DNA of 32,000 nucleotides, taken from Acholeplasma laidlawii PG-8A. GTDB lineage: Bacteria > Bacillota_I > Bacilli_A > Acholeplasmatales > Acholeplasmataceae. Numbering within the stretch: position 1 is the first letter of the stretch; each line of letters opens with the position of its first letter. Below are positions 1-8,496 of the stretch, piece after piece. The translations under genes were made by a program, and so were the position numbers. Under the pieces are notes generated by a model, which saw nothing but the letters and a program-made list of their open reading frames with translations, ran no database searches and was not told where the DNA came from. The stretch spans positions 330,001 through 362,000 of the forward strand of contig NC_010163.1 of assembly GCF_000018785.1 (NCBI RefSeq). The letters are read 5' to 3'.

Positions 1-75
1 GTTGAAAACTACAACGATTTAAAAGAAGGTGACGTGATTGAAGCGTCTATTGAAAGAGAAGTGGAGGTAAATTAA
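1..75 (+). CDS. infB: 3' end of translation initiation factor IF-2 (partial; continues upstream of the window)
   Basis: Frame 1 is open from the window edge to TAA at 73-75 (VENYNDLKEGDVIEASIEREVEVN*). The tail resembles an IF-2 C-terminus and lies 2 nt upstream of rbfA, the conserved infB-rbfA arrangement. Only 24 codons are visible. Confidence 0.55.
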   Translation, partial: VENYNDLKEGDVIEASIEREVEVN

Positions 76-77
76 TT

Positions 78-425
78 ATGAGTATTAATGTCGATCGTTT
101 AGCTTCAAGAATCTTTAGAGAATTAGTTCATATCGTAAATGATGTGATTAAAAACACTCAAATTGGTTATATTACACTTACAGAAACTAAAGTCACTAAA
201 GATAAAAGTTACTGTTATGTTTACTACACCATCATTGATGATAGTGTAGAAGCCAAAAAGAAAGTTCAAGATCTTTTAGATGCAGGTAAAAAAGAAATTC
301 GTATGAAGTTAGCATCTAAAGTTAACGACATTCGAAAAATTCCTGATTTAGTCTTTAAATATGATGAAGCATTAGCTTATGGTAATCATATTGATAAATT
401 ACTTTCGGATATCAATAAAAATTAA
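78..425 (+). CDS. rbfA: ribosome-binding factor A
   Basis: The 115-aa ORF has a typical RbfA N-terminus (RLASRIFRELVHIVNDVIKN...IGYITLTETKVTKD) and typical size. It lies directly after infB. Confidence 0.9.
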   Translation: MSINVDRLASRIFRELVHIVNDVIKNTQIGYITLTETKVTKDKSYCYVYYTIIDDSVEAKKKVQDLLDAGKKEIRMKLASKVNDIRKIPDLVFKYDEALAYGNHIDKLLSDINKN

Positions 426-430
426 TAATG

Positions 431-468
431 AAAAATGCGAGTACTTAAATTAAAGTACTCGCATTTTT
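431..468. terminator. bidirectional rho-independent terminator between convergent rbfA and the beta-propeller gene
   Basis: An 11-bp perfect stem (436-446 TGCGAGTACTT / 453-463 AAGTACTCGCA) is flanked by an A-run (431-435) and a T-run (464-468). Confidence 0.8.
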
Positions 469-469
469 A

Positions 470-2455
470 TTATAGGACAGGATGATTTAATGTATAAGTT
501 TCTGTAACCACTTTAGTCTCACCATCAAATAATACGATACCACTCGATGAGAATGTATAAAAGATATTATTGATGTAGATACCTCTATCAATTTGATTGG
601 TATACTCGGTACTAGCGTGTGTGATGATATAAGGGTTTTGAATAATTGGTGATGTATTAAAATCTATATAAAATAGATAATATTGACTAGAGTATTCATA
701 ATAACCAAGGTCTTCATTAAATTCGCCAGTGTTTGCAGCAAACCCGATAAAACCGTGATCTGGTGAAACAAGAATAGCTTTATGGTTACTTAATGCTTCA
801 CTATAACTCCATCCGACATTTTCATCTGGATTGCTTAAAAGATAAGTTTCTAAAGGTGCGGTGGTATTCGTTGTATTGTATGCTGATATCTTCACATTAA
901 AGGTTTCATCATAACCAATACCTATGAGATGTGTTTCATCCCAAACATGTAAGTAAGTATTATATCCTGGTTCTTCAATCTCATTTAAAATCTTAATGTC
1001 TTTTGGATTACTAATATCTATGGTGTATAAAGGATCTATTTGTCTATAGGTTACAACATAGGCTAAATATTTATCAAAACGCACGGATGTTACACGCTCT
1101 TCTGGTTTACCAATACCTTCATCTAATAATCCGTAGTGTTCAAGTGTATCCTGTGTTTCATGTTCTTTTAATACATATAATCTATTTTTATCTGTTTGAC
1201 CCCATGAACGTGTTGTAACTACACGAAGTAATCCTTCATATTCATCTAGCCAAAATTGGTTTTCTATATAACCTTCTAATATAGTAGAACCACTATAGTT
1301 TACTTTGTGTGTATCACTATCAATTGAAAATTTAGTAATATGTGTGCCTGTTACCACAGTATTTAGTGTTGGGTAATATGTAAACATACCAGCGATGTAA
1401 AGACTTGTTTTAGTCATATAGATGTGGCCGTATACACCAACAACGGTTGTATGATCTAAAGTGAGTGTATCTAGATTTAAGGATGAAATGGTTGTCATAT
1501 TATATGCAGGAATTGCATCAAAGATTAAAATGTCTTCATACCCTACATAAGAGGTGTGAGTTTCTCCGTCCTTGTTTATAGTAAATTGTGGTCTAAGTTC
1601 ATCTTTTGAGATTCTGTTATAAGAAACCATATAAAGAGTGTCATCAATGATGCGGTGTGCTTGAATATCACCAATGGTCTTAAGTTCATAATCTAAAGAT
1701 AAATCTGTTCGATCATAAATACGCACAATGGAACTATATCTATACCCATAAAAATAACTGCTAGGTAAAATCAGTGCTGCATCATTAAATGCATAATATG
1801 TATCAAGGTTTTCTTCAAAATAACCTATAACAACAAGACTATCTGTAGTTAAATAAAATTCAGTAATGTAGACATCTAATAAATCAAGACCTTGTTTTTT
1901 AGTCAGACTACCATCTGGATTCACTTCATAACGGTAGAGTCTATTACTTTGATATCTTGGTGTATAAAAAATCTCATAACCATCTGTTTTAATAATGTCT
2001 GCTTCATCTACACCTAATACTTGTAGGTTTGTACCTACAACATCAGGTGCTTTGGCACCAGGGTTTGCTTCTTGGTCGACGGCGTCTTCACCAATAACCC
2101 AGTTTCCTGGAAAGAAGTCATACAAACTAAATCCATCACCAGCATCTATTTTATTTCTTAAGGTATGCTCATTTCGAACAATTCTAGCATTTAATAATGT
2201 TTTATCATGGTATGTTTGAGGTAAATCAAAGGTGCCTGTAATAATAAACACACCAAGTATAACCATCAATGTTAGACCAATAAGACCTCGTCTAACCGGT
2301 CTTACAATATTTTGTTGTCTAACATGTGTAATGTGGTGTTTATCTTGATAATTTTTTAGTCTTTGGTTCCACTTATATTCATAAATAGATCGTAAGATTA
2401 AAAACGAAATAATGAGTCCAACTATAATAGTCGCTATAACTCCATATGTGTTCAT
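470..2455 (-). CDS. membrane-anchored extracellular beta-propeller domain protein (PF09826-like)
   Basis: 661-aa ORF. It has two N-terminal hydrophobic segments (aa ~5-24 and ~57-76) separated by a K/R/H-rich loop. The remainder carries motifs I recognise from the secreted bacterial/archaeal beta-propeller family (GTNLQVLGVDEADIIKTDGYEIFY; DPLYTIDISNPKDIKILNEIEEPGYNTYLHVW). A GGAGG RBS lies inside the end of the upstream gene, with a 3-nt gap to the LytTR stop. Confidence 0.65.
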   Translation of the reverse strand: MNTYGVIATIIVGLIISFLILRSIYEYKWNQRLKNYQDKHHITHVRQQNIVRPVRRGLIGLTLMVILGVFIITGTFDLPQTYHDKTLLNARIVRNEHTLRNKIDAGDGFSLYDFFPGNWVIGEDAVDQEANPGAKAPDVVGTNLQVLGVDEADIIKTDGYEIFYTPRYQSNRLYRYEVNPDGSLTKKQGLDLLDVYITEFYLTTDSLVVIGYFEENLDTYYAFNDAALILPSSYFYGYRYSSIVRIYDRTDLSLDYELKTIGDIQAHRIIDDTLYMVSYNRISKDELRPQFTINKDGETHTSYVGYEDILIFDAIPAYNMTTISSLNLDTLTLDHTTVVGVYGHIYMTKTSLYIAGMFTYYPTLNTVVTGTHITKFSIDSDTHKVNYSGSTILEGYIENQFWLDEYEGLLRVVTTRSWGQTDKNRLYVLKEHETQDTLEHYGLLDEGIGKPEERVTSVRFDKYLAYVVTYRQIDPLYTIDISNPKDIKILNEIEEPGYNTYLHVWDETHLIGIGYDETFNVKISAYNTTNTTAPLETYLLSNPDENVGWSYSEALSNHKAILVSPDHGFIGFAANTGEFNEDLGYYEYSSQYYLFYIDFNTSPIIQNPYIITHASTEYTNQIDRGIYINNIFYTFSSSGIVLFDGETKVVTETYTLNHPVL

Positions 2456-2458
2456 AGA

Positions 2459-2962
2459 TTAACCTCCTATGCCTAAGGCATCTTTAAAGGGTTTGACATA
2501 ACTACGACTAACATCAATTTTTAGTCCATTAACCAATTCTAATTCGAGTTTAGCATTTAGCTTTGGTCGTATATAAAGTATTTTTTCCAAGTTTACTAAA
2601 AAAGATTTTGCGATTCTAATAATTTGATAAGACTGAAGCAGTCCTTCTAATTGATATAACGGTTGATTAATATAGATTTTTCCTCTTTTAGTCGTATGAA
2701 CTATAATTTCTACACCAAAGGATTCTATATATATGATTTCTCTTATAAAAAGTTTGACCCAACCATCACTTGTCTCAAATATAAATGCTTGTCTACTAAT
2801 AGTAACCTTTCTTAAAATACTTTCTAGGACTTCAAGTGATGTATCATCAACTAATAAAGTAATTGAACCATCATCATGATTTGTGATGTCTAAACTAGAT
2901 GATTCTAGATCATCTGTTATAAGGCTCAAATCAGATTTATCAATTAAGACTTTAATCATCAT
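2459..2962 (-). CDS. stand-alone LytTR-domain DNA-binding protein (no receiver domain)
   Basis: 167-aa ORF. The C-terminal ~100 aa match the LytTR pattern (FIREIIYIESFG...IIVHT...YQLEGLL....IIRIAKSFLVNLEKI....LELVNGLKIDVSRSY). The N-terminal ~55 aa are acidic and far too short for a REC domain. Confidence 0.75.
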   Translation of the reverse strand: MMIKVLIDKSDLSLITDDLESSSLDITNHDDGSITLLVDDTSLEVLESILRKVTISRQAFIFETSDGWVKLFIREIIYIESFGVEIIVHTTKRGKIYINQPLYQLEGLLQSYQIIRIAKSFLVNLEKILYIRPKLNAKLELELVNGLKIDVSRSYVKPFKDALGIGG

Positions 2963-3020
2963 TATCTTCCCTTCATCTAGATTTTACAAAAACCTAGTTT
3001 AAAGTAGCAAGGTTTATCTT

Positions 3021-3051
3021 ATAAGTTACATGAATTTATAAATAACTTACA
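3021..3051. promoter_or_regulatory. candidate LytTR operator: two 10-bp repeats spaced 21 bp start to start
   Basis: ATAAGTTACA (3021-3030) and ATAACTTACA (3042-3051) match at 9 of 10 positions and are separated by an 11-bp spacer. They lie ~60-90 bp upstream of the LytTR gene start (2962, minus strand). The geometry resembles AgrA/ComE-type LytTR sites. Confidence 0.35.
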
Positions 3052-3174
3052 GTAGAACACTTTAGATGTATTTTACCACTCAACTGTATAAACCTAGCTA
3101 AACAGTGTTAAAAACACTTAAAAACTGTAAAAATGCGCATAGAAATGATATAATTTATTATGGTAGGTGACTAG

Positions 3175-5439
3175 ATGATTGCTCGCGTGATTGTGGATAT
3201 AAAACATCAAAGTGTGAATCAAACATTTGATTATTTAGTTCACGAAAAAGATCAACTTCATATTCAAAAAGGTATGCGTGTAATTGTACCTTTTACAGAT
3301 AATAATATATTACGTTTAGGTTTTGTCTATGATATTATAAGTGCATCTGATTTAGCACATAAGTATGTTCATGAAATATTAGACATTGAACCTATTTTTA
3401 ATGATGAATTATTTTTAATGATGGATAAACTGATAGAAGACCCAAATGCACTCATTGCAGAAGCCTTTGAAACCGTGATACCTAAACAATTATTAATTCA
3501 TTATGAGAAAAAGGCTACTTTGTTAGAACCTAAACAACTACCGGATGATTTAGTGCCGTTTTTCAAACAAGGTGTTTGGACTTTGCTTAAAAAAGATGAA
3601 GTTTATTATAACCGTTTAAAAACATTAGAACAAAAAGGTATAGTTGAATTAAAAACCGTATTAAAGACAAGAAATAAGAAACCTTTAATAACCTATGTAA
3701 GAATCGATAACAGAAACTATCATGGTACACCAAAACAACACGAAGTACTAGATATTTTAAGTGCGCACTCACAAATGAAAAAAGCAGATCTCGTAGCAAA
3801 CTCTAGTGCATCGATTGTAAATACGTTAATCAAAAAAGCTGTTATTGAAGTATTTTATGAATCAGATAAGTTAGAAGTAGCTAATTTTAACAAAACAACA
3901 AAACTACCTGTGATTAATGAAGATTTAAAAGACCAAATCAAAGATATGATGGATGCAAAACATCAAGTTTATGTGAGTCAGTATCAAGATACCAAGTTAG
4001 ACCCTTTCTTTTTCCATTTGATTCATGAAGTGATTTCACAGGGTAAGCAAGTGCTTATCATGGTGCCTGAAAACTTTATGATTGCTTCTGTTAAGTCATC
4101 ACTTGAAAAAGTCTTTAGGGAAGAACTTATTATTGGTTTAAATCGTGGTCAAACAGATAAACAAATGATGTTAAAGTACAGTGCAATTTTAGATAATGAA
4201 ACTAAAATTGTCGTCGGTGCACGTTCATCTGTATTTACAAGTTTTAGTGATCTAGGTTTAATCATCATAACGGATAGTAATAATCACAGTTACCGTGCAC
4301 ATGAAGGTATTTATTATCATGCATTAGAGATTGCTGAAATAAGAGCTAGATATCATGGTATACCACTTTATTTAAGTGCGAGTTCAATATCCTTAGATAA
4401 CTATGTTAAGATACAACAAAAAACACATGAGTTACTAAATCTACAAGAAGAAGTCTATAAATCCATTGAACTTATAGATATGAAAGAAGAACTAAAAAAA
4501 GGAAATACCAAATTAGTTAGTCTAAGTTTAAATGATGCCATACTAAATACATTAGATCAAAATAAAAAAGTATTATTAATATTAAACCAAAAAGGGTATG
4601 CACCCTTTGTAATGTGTAGGACATGTTCGCATGTACCTGTAGATCCAGAAACTGGAATCCCTTTAAGATTTGATGAAAAACAAAATATTTTAAAATCTAA
4701 TTTGACAAAATATCAACTGGAGTTTACTAAAACATGCCCTGTATGCGGTAAACATACAGTGAAGTCTGTAGGTAGTGGTATTGATCAACTTATAACTTAC
4801 TTACATAAAGCATATCCTACGAAAGAGATATTAAAAGTCGATAGTGAGGCTATTAGTAATAAGACTTATCATGATAAAATTGAAGATCTTAGTCAAATCG
4901 ATATCATTGTAGGTACACAGATGGCACTGAAATCTAATTTAGAAGATAAAATAGATTTAGTGGGTATTTTGATGATTGATCAGTGGTTAAAATTACCCAA
5001 ATTTGATGCCTATGAAGCAACTTATGAACTACTTAGCCAAGCAAAATTTATCACTAAAGATAAACTGATTATTCAAAGTTATGATCCAACACATTTTGTT
5101 TTAAAAAGCATTATAGGTGATGGAAGTACATATTATAAAGAAGAACTAAGTCGTAGAAGACTTTCTAAATTACCACCATATTATCAAGTGCTACAACTAC
5201 GCATTGAAGGTATGAGTTATTTAAAGACTTTCCAATATGCACTCTCATTAAAAACTTCATTAGAAAAAATGGGACTTACTGTTTTAGGTCCAACCTCATC
5301 TGTATTACTAAAACAATTAGAAAATTATAGAGTTTTATTAACGATTAAATACCAAGGTAGTTTAAAAACGTTTAATCATTTACTAAAATCTAACAAAGAC
5401 ATAAAATTATATATGAACCATGATTTATCATGGTATTAA
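3175..5439 (+). CDS. priA: primosomal protein N' (PriA) homolog with degenerate helicase motifs
   Basis: The 754-aa ORF is collinear with PriA: N-terminal 3'-DNA-binding-like region (VIVDIKHQSVNQTFDYLV...GMRVIVPF), QGKQVLIMVPE (motif Ia), DIIVGTQMALKS, and a CxxC...CxxC insertion. It lies upstream of fmt, as in many Firmicutes. Confidence 0.8.
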   Translation: MIARVIVDIKHQSVNQTFDYLVHEKDQLHIQKGMRVIVPFTDNNILRLGFVYDIISASDLAHKYVHEILDIEPIFNDELFLMMDKLIEDPNALIAEAFETVIPKQLLIHYEKKATLLEPKQLPDDLVPFFKQGVWTLLKKDEVYYNRLKTLEQKGIVELKTVLKTRNKKPLITYVRIDNRNYHGTPKQHEVLDILSAHSQMKKADLVANSSASIVNTLIKKAVIEVFYESDKLEVANFNKTTKLPVINEDLKDQIKDMMDAKHQVYVSQYQDTKLDPFFFHLIHEVISQGKQVLIMVPENFMIASVKSSLEKVFREELIIGLNRGQTDKQMMLKYSAILDNETKIVVGARSSVFTSFSDLGLIIITDSNNHSYRAHEGIYYHALEIAEIRARYHGIPLYLSASSISLDNYVKIQQKTHELLNLQEEVYKSIELIDMKEELKKGNTKLVSLSLNDAILNTLDQNKKVLLILNQKGYAPFVMCRTCSHVPVDPETGIPLRFDEKQNILKSNLTKYQLEFTKTCPVCGKHTVKSVGSGIDQLITYLHKAYPTKEILKVDSEAISNKTYHDKIEDLSQIDIIVGTQMALKSNLEDKIDLVGILMIDQWLKLPKFDAYEATYELLSQAKFITKDKLIIQSYDPTHFVLKSIIGDGSTYYKEELSRRRLSKLPPYYQVLQLRIEGMSYLKTFQYALSLKTSLEKMGLTVLGPTSSVLLKQLENYRVLLTIKYQGSLKTFNHLLKSNKDIKLYMNHDLSWY

Positions 5440-5450
5440 AGGAGTAAATT

Positions 5451-6365
5451 ATGATTGTATTTATGGGTACCCCAGAGTTTTCAGTACCAATTCTAGAAAT
5501 GTTGATTGAAGAAAAATATCCGGTTGGGCTAGTTGTTACACAACCAGATAGATTTGTTGGTAGAAAAAAGATATTAACACCATCACCAGTTAAGTCGCTT
5601 GCTTTAGCACATAACATTGAGGTTTTTCAACCTGAAAAATTACGTCAGGATTATCAACACATCATTGATTTAAAGCCCAGCTTAATTATTACAGCAAGCT
5701 ATGGTCAAATACTTCCTAAAGCCCTTTTAGAAGCAATACCAGCAATTAACATTCATGGTTCATTATTACCTAAATACCGTGGTGGTGCACCCATTCAATA
5801 TGCATTATTTAATGGGGACGATAAAACCGGTATTACCTTAATGGAAATGGTCTATAAAATGGATGCCGGTGCTATGATTAAAAAGGTAGAAGTAGACATA
5901 GAACCTCTAGATGATTACGGCACTTTATCTAATAAGTTATCACTAGCAGGTAGAGATCTATTAAAAGAAAATCTAATGAGTGTTTTAAATAAAACGTATC
6001 AAAGCACACCGCAAAATGAGGATGAAGTGACGTTTGCATTTACACTTAAATATAGTGATGAAGCACTTGATTTTAACAAGTCAGCATCATGGAATCATAA
6101 CCGTATTAGAGGTTTAAGTCCTAACGTTGGTGCACATTTTAACATCAAAAACACTACGGTTAAGGTGTTTAAATCAGCAATAAGTGATATAATAGACATT
6201 CAAAGAGGTGAAATTCGTATAGAAAATAAAAGAATATTTATTGGTACGAGTGATAGAGCCATAGAGTTAATTGAATTACAACAATCAGGTAAAAAACAAA
6301 TGAAGGTTAAAGATTATTTAAATGGGCAAAGCCTATTTATTAACGGAGGAAAAATAGATGAGTAA
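5451..6365 (+). CDS. fmt: methionyl-tRNA formyltransferase
   Basis: The 304-aa ORF has the hallmarks MIVFMGTPEFSVPILEML, VVTQPDR..GR, INIHGSLLPKYRGGAPIQ. Confidence 0.93.
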   Translation: MIVFMGTPEFSVPILEMLIEEKYPVGLVVTQPDRFVGRKKILTPSPVKSLALAHNIEVFQPEKLRQDYQHIIDLKPSLIITASYGQILPKALLEAIPAINIHGSLLPKYRGGAPIQYALFNGDDKTGITLMEMVYKMDAGAMIKKVEVDIEPLDDYGTLSNKLSLAGRDLLKENLMSVLNKTYQSTPQNEDEVTFAFTLKYSDEALDFNKSASWNHNRIRGLSPNVGAHFNIKNTTVKVFKSAISDIIDIQRGEIRIENKRIFIGTSDRAIELIELQQSGKKQMKVKDYLNGQSLFINGGKIDE

Positions 6366-6936
6366 ACCGAAACTCTTATATAACCGAGATGAGATGTTAA
6401 AAATTAACATCGACACCTTGAAAAATAGATGTAATGTATCTGTTCTGGATATTGCAAAGATTGCACAGCAACAACAATCTAAATATTATCCTGGTATTGA
6501 TATTAACTTATGTGTGGAATCTGTAGAAAAAATATTAACATTTAGAGATGTTTTCCACCACATTCAATTTGCTGCAGAAGTTGATAGACTTGCTGAAGAA
6601 AAAATGTTTAAAGGACCAATACAAGATATTTTATTCTATGATCTTGGACTATTTGGTATTGATGAAACCATAGGTTTAGATGTTGCTAGAAACTATGGTG
6701 CGATTGGACAAACAAACTTTGGTGACATTGATGTCAATAAACATGGTATCGTTAAAAGATTAAATGATGCTGGTAAAACAGAAGGTATTGTACATACAAT
6801 GATGGATGATATTGTAGGTGCTATTGCTGCGGCTGCATCTACTCGTGTTGCTCAAGTGATGAACGAAGATATTGCACTTGAAAATCCAAGTTACCAAAAA
6901 ATTAGCTTATTTGATTTGAAAAAAAGGAAAAGATAA
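6358..6936 (+). CDS. phosphatidylglycerophosphatase A family protein (YutG/LtrC-like)
   Basis: The 192-aa ORF resembles B. subtilis YutG-type PgpA proteins (GIDETIGLDVARNYGAIGQTNFG.IDV.K.GI.K.LND......VHTMMDDIVGAIAAAASTRVAQ). It overlaps the fmt stop by 8 nt. Confidence 0.6.
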   Translation: MSKPKLLYNRDEMLKINIDTLKNRCNVSVLDIAKIAQQQQSKYYPGIDINLCVESVEKILTFRDVFHHIQFAAEVDRLAEEKMFKGPIQDILFYDLGLFGIDETIGLDVARNYGAIGQTNFGDIDVNKHGIVKRLNDAGKTEGIVHTMMDDIVGAIAAAASTRVAQVMNEDIALENPSYQKISLFDLKKRKR

Positions 6937-6939
6937 TAT

Positions 6940-8259
6940 ATGGGCTTAAAGAACCAAAAGCATAGGTTAAAGGGCTTTGGAAAAAAGCTGTTTTCTAAAT
7001 ATTTTGGTTTTGAAACTGGAATTGATATTGCTAATGACGTAGCTGTTTTATATAGACGAAATGTAGTTATTAAAAACATCGTATTTATATCAAACTTGCT
7101 TTATTCTTTAGTATTTTTCATTCTAGGCTTTAGTGTTGCCAATCCGACAACCGATTGGATTTTTGCTATTGCTGCTCTACCAATTACGTATACAGTAGGT
7201 AGACTACAATCTAAGCTTATCGACTTAGACCACAATGATTTAACAAAACAACAGATTGCGATGTATGTATCTAGTTTTTGGATTTTTATATCATCTGTGA
7301 TGGTTTATATCCGTGTTTATGCAGTCGGACAAAATGCGCCGTTTGAAACAGCAAGTTATGTATTAATATTTTATGCTTTAGTTCAAATATCGCTTTATCA
7401 AGACAAAAGGTTACTAGCAAACTCATTTGTTTCATTAGTTGGGTTTGTTACATTAATACATATATCAATAACTTATAATTTCTTTAATTTAGGTCTTACT
7501 TGGCAAGAGTTCTTATCAACGATATTTACCGATCCAGTACTAGCCATTCAAGTAGCTGACTTAGCCTTAAGAACAGTTATATTTATATTATTTTATTTAA
7601 TCAATTATATTATTGTTTCTATTGGACAATCCATCCAAGAAGAAAGAAAAAAGGAATTAAACAAACGCCGTGAAGTACAAATGGACTTCACGCATATCGT
7701 TAGATCTTTATTTAACGTTGTATTTCAATCTGCAAGCACCATATTAAACGAAAGACATGCCTATAATGTTGCATCAGTTGCATCAAAAATAGCTACATTT
7801 TATCACTTGGATGAACAAGATAAAATTGAGTTAGAAAAATACGCACTGATTCATTTAAGATTTGATGAAATCAAGGATTTAATGATAGAAACAGATAGTT
7901 ACGATGAACATACCTATGAAGTATTAAAAGAAAAGACAGATTTAGGTGCAAAAATTGGTAAAAGAATTCAACTTGCTCAAAAATCTAATGATATTATTAG
8001 AGCACATTATGAAAGAAGTGCTGATGAAGCATTTGCTCAACAAATGAATAAAATCCAATTTGAGATACCAAATCAAATTATCTTACTGGCGGATTGCTAT
8101 GTTTCTTTAAGAAGTTTATCAACATACTATCATCCAAACAGCCACCCACAAACGATGGACTTGTTTAAGAAACAATTAACACCATATTTTGATTATTCAT
8201 TAAGAGAAACATTCTTTAAATACAACACAGAAATTGATCAACTTTATCATGATTTATAA
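6940..8259 (+). CDS. polytopic membrane protein with a C-terminal degenerate HD-GYP-like domain
   Basis: 439-aa ORF. It has about six hydrophobic segments in aa 40-230. The cytoplasmic C-terminus aligns by eye to the HD-GYP layout (ERHAYNVASVASKIA.., YALIHLRFDE, AHYERSADE, ILLADCYVSLRS). Confidence 0.5.
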   Translation: MGLKNQKHRLKGFGKKLFSKYFGFETGIDIANDVAVLYRRNVVIKNIVFISNLLYSLVFFILGFSVANPTTDWIFAIAALPITYTVGRLQSKLIDLDHNDLTKQQIAMYVSSFWIFISSVMVYIRVYAVGQNAPFETASYVLIFYALVQISLYQDKRLLANSFVSLVGFVTLIHISITYNFFNLGLTWQEFLSTIFTDPVLAIQVADLALRTVIFILFYLINYIIVSIGQSIQEERKKELNKRREVQMDFTHIVRSLFNVVFQSASTILNERHAYNVASVASKIATFYHLDEQDKIELEKYALIHLRFDEIKDLMIETDSYDEHTYEVLKEKTDLGAKIGKRIQLAQKSNDIIRAHYERSADEAFAQQMNKIQFEIPNQIILLADCYVSLRSLSTYYHPNSHPQTMDLFKKQLTPYFDYSLRETFFKYNTEIDQLYHDL

Positions 8260-8288
8260 AACATATTTTACATAATTATGTATCTTAG

Positions 8289-8317
8289 TTTACAAAATAT
8301 CTAATAAAGGTTATCAT
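8289..8317 (+). promoter_or_regulatory. sigma-A type promoter of the metK leader
   Basis: TTTACA (8289-8294), 17-bp spacer, TATCAT (8312-8317). This puts the start ~10-15 nt before the riboswitch P1 helix. Confidence 0.5.
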
Positions 8318-8336
8318 ATAAACAATTCAATAAAAA

Positions 8337-8466
8337 CTTATTCAGAGCAGGTGAGGTGATCAGTCCTTTGACCCTGCAGCAACCTACTTAAATTAGGTGC
8401 TCAACTGACAGGGGGCTAACCCACCAATAAGGAGATTTCATCACTTCCTTCTTGGGAAGTGTTTTT
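8337..8466 (+). promoter_or_regulatory. SAM-I (S-box) riboswitch with intrinsic terminator
   Basis: The P1 arms are CTTATT (8337-8342) and AATAAG (8426-8431). The conserved S-box core is present (GAGGTGA kink-turn-like, AGCAACC...GGTGCTCAA). The terminator hairpin is CACTTCC (8442-8448) / GGAAGTG (8455-8461) followed by T5. It lies directly upstream of metK. Confidence 0.85.
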
Positions 8467-8496
8467 ATTAAGTAATGGAAGAAAGAGGTAAATATT

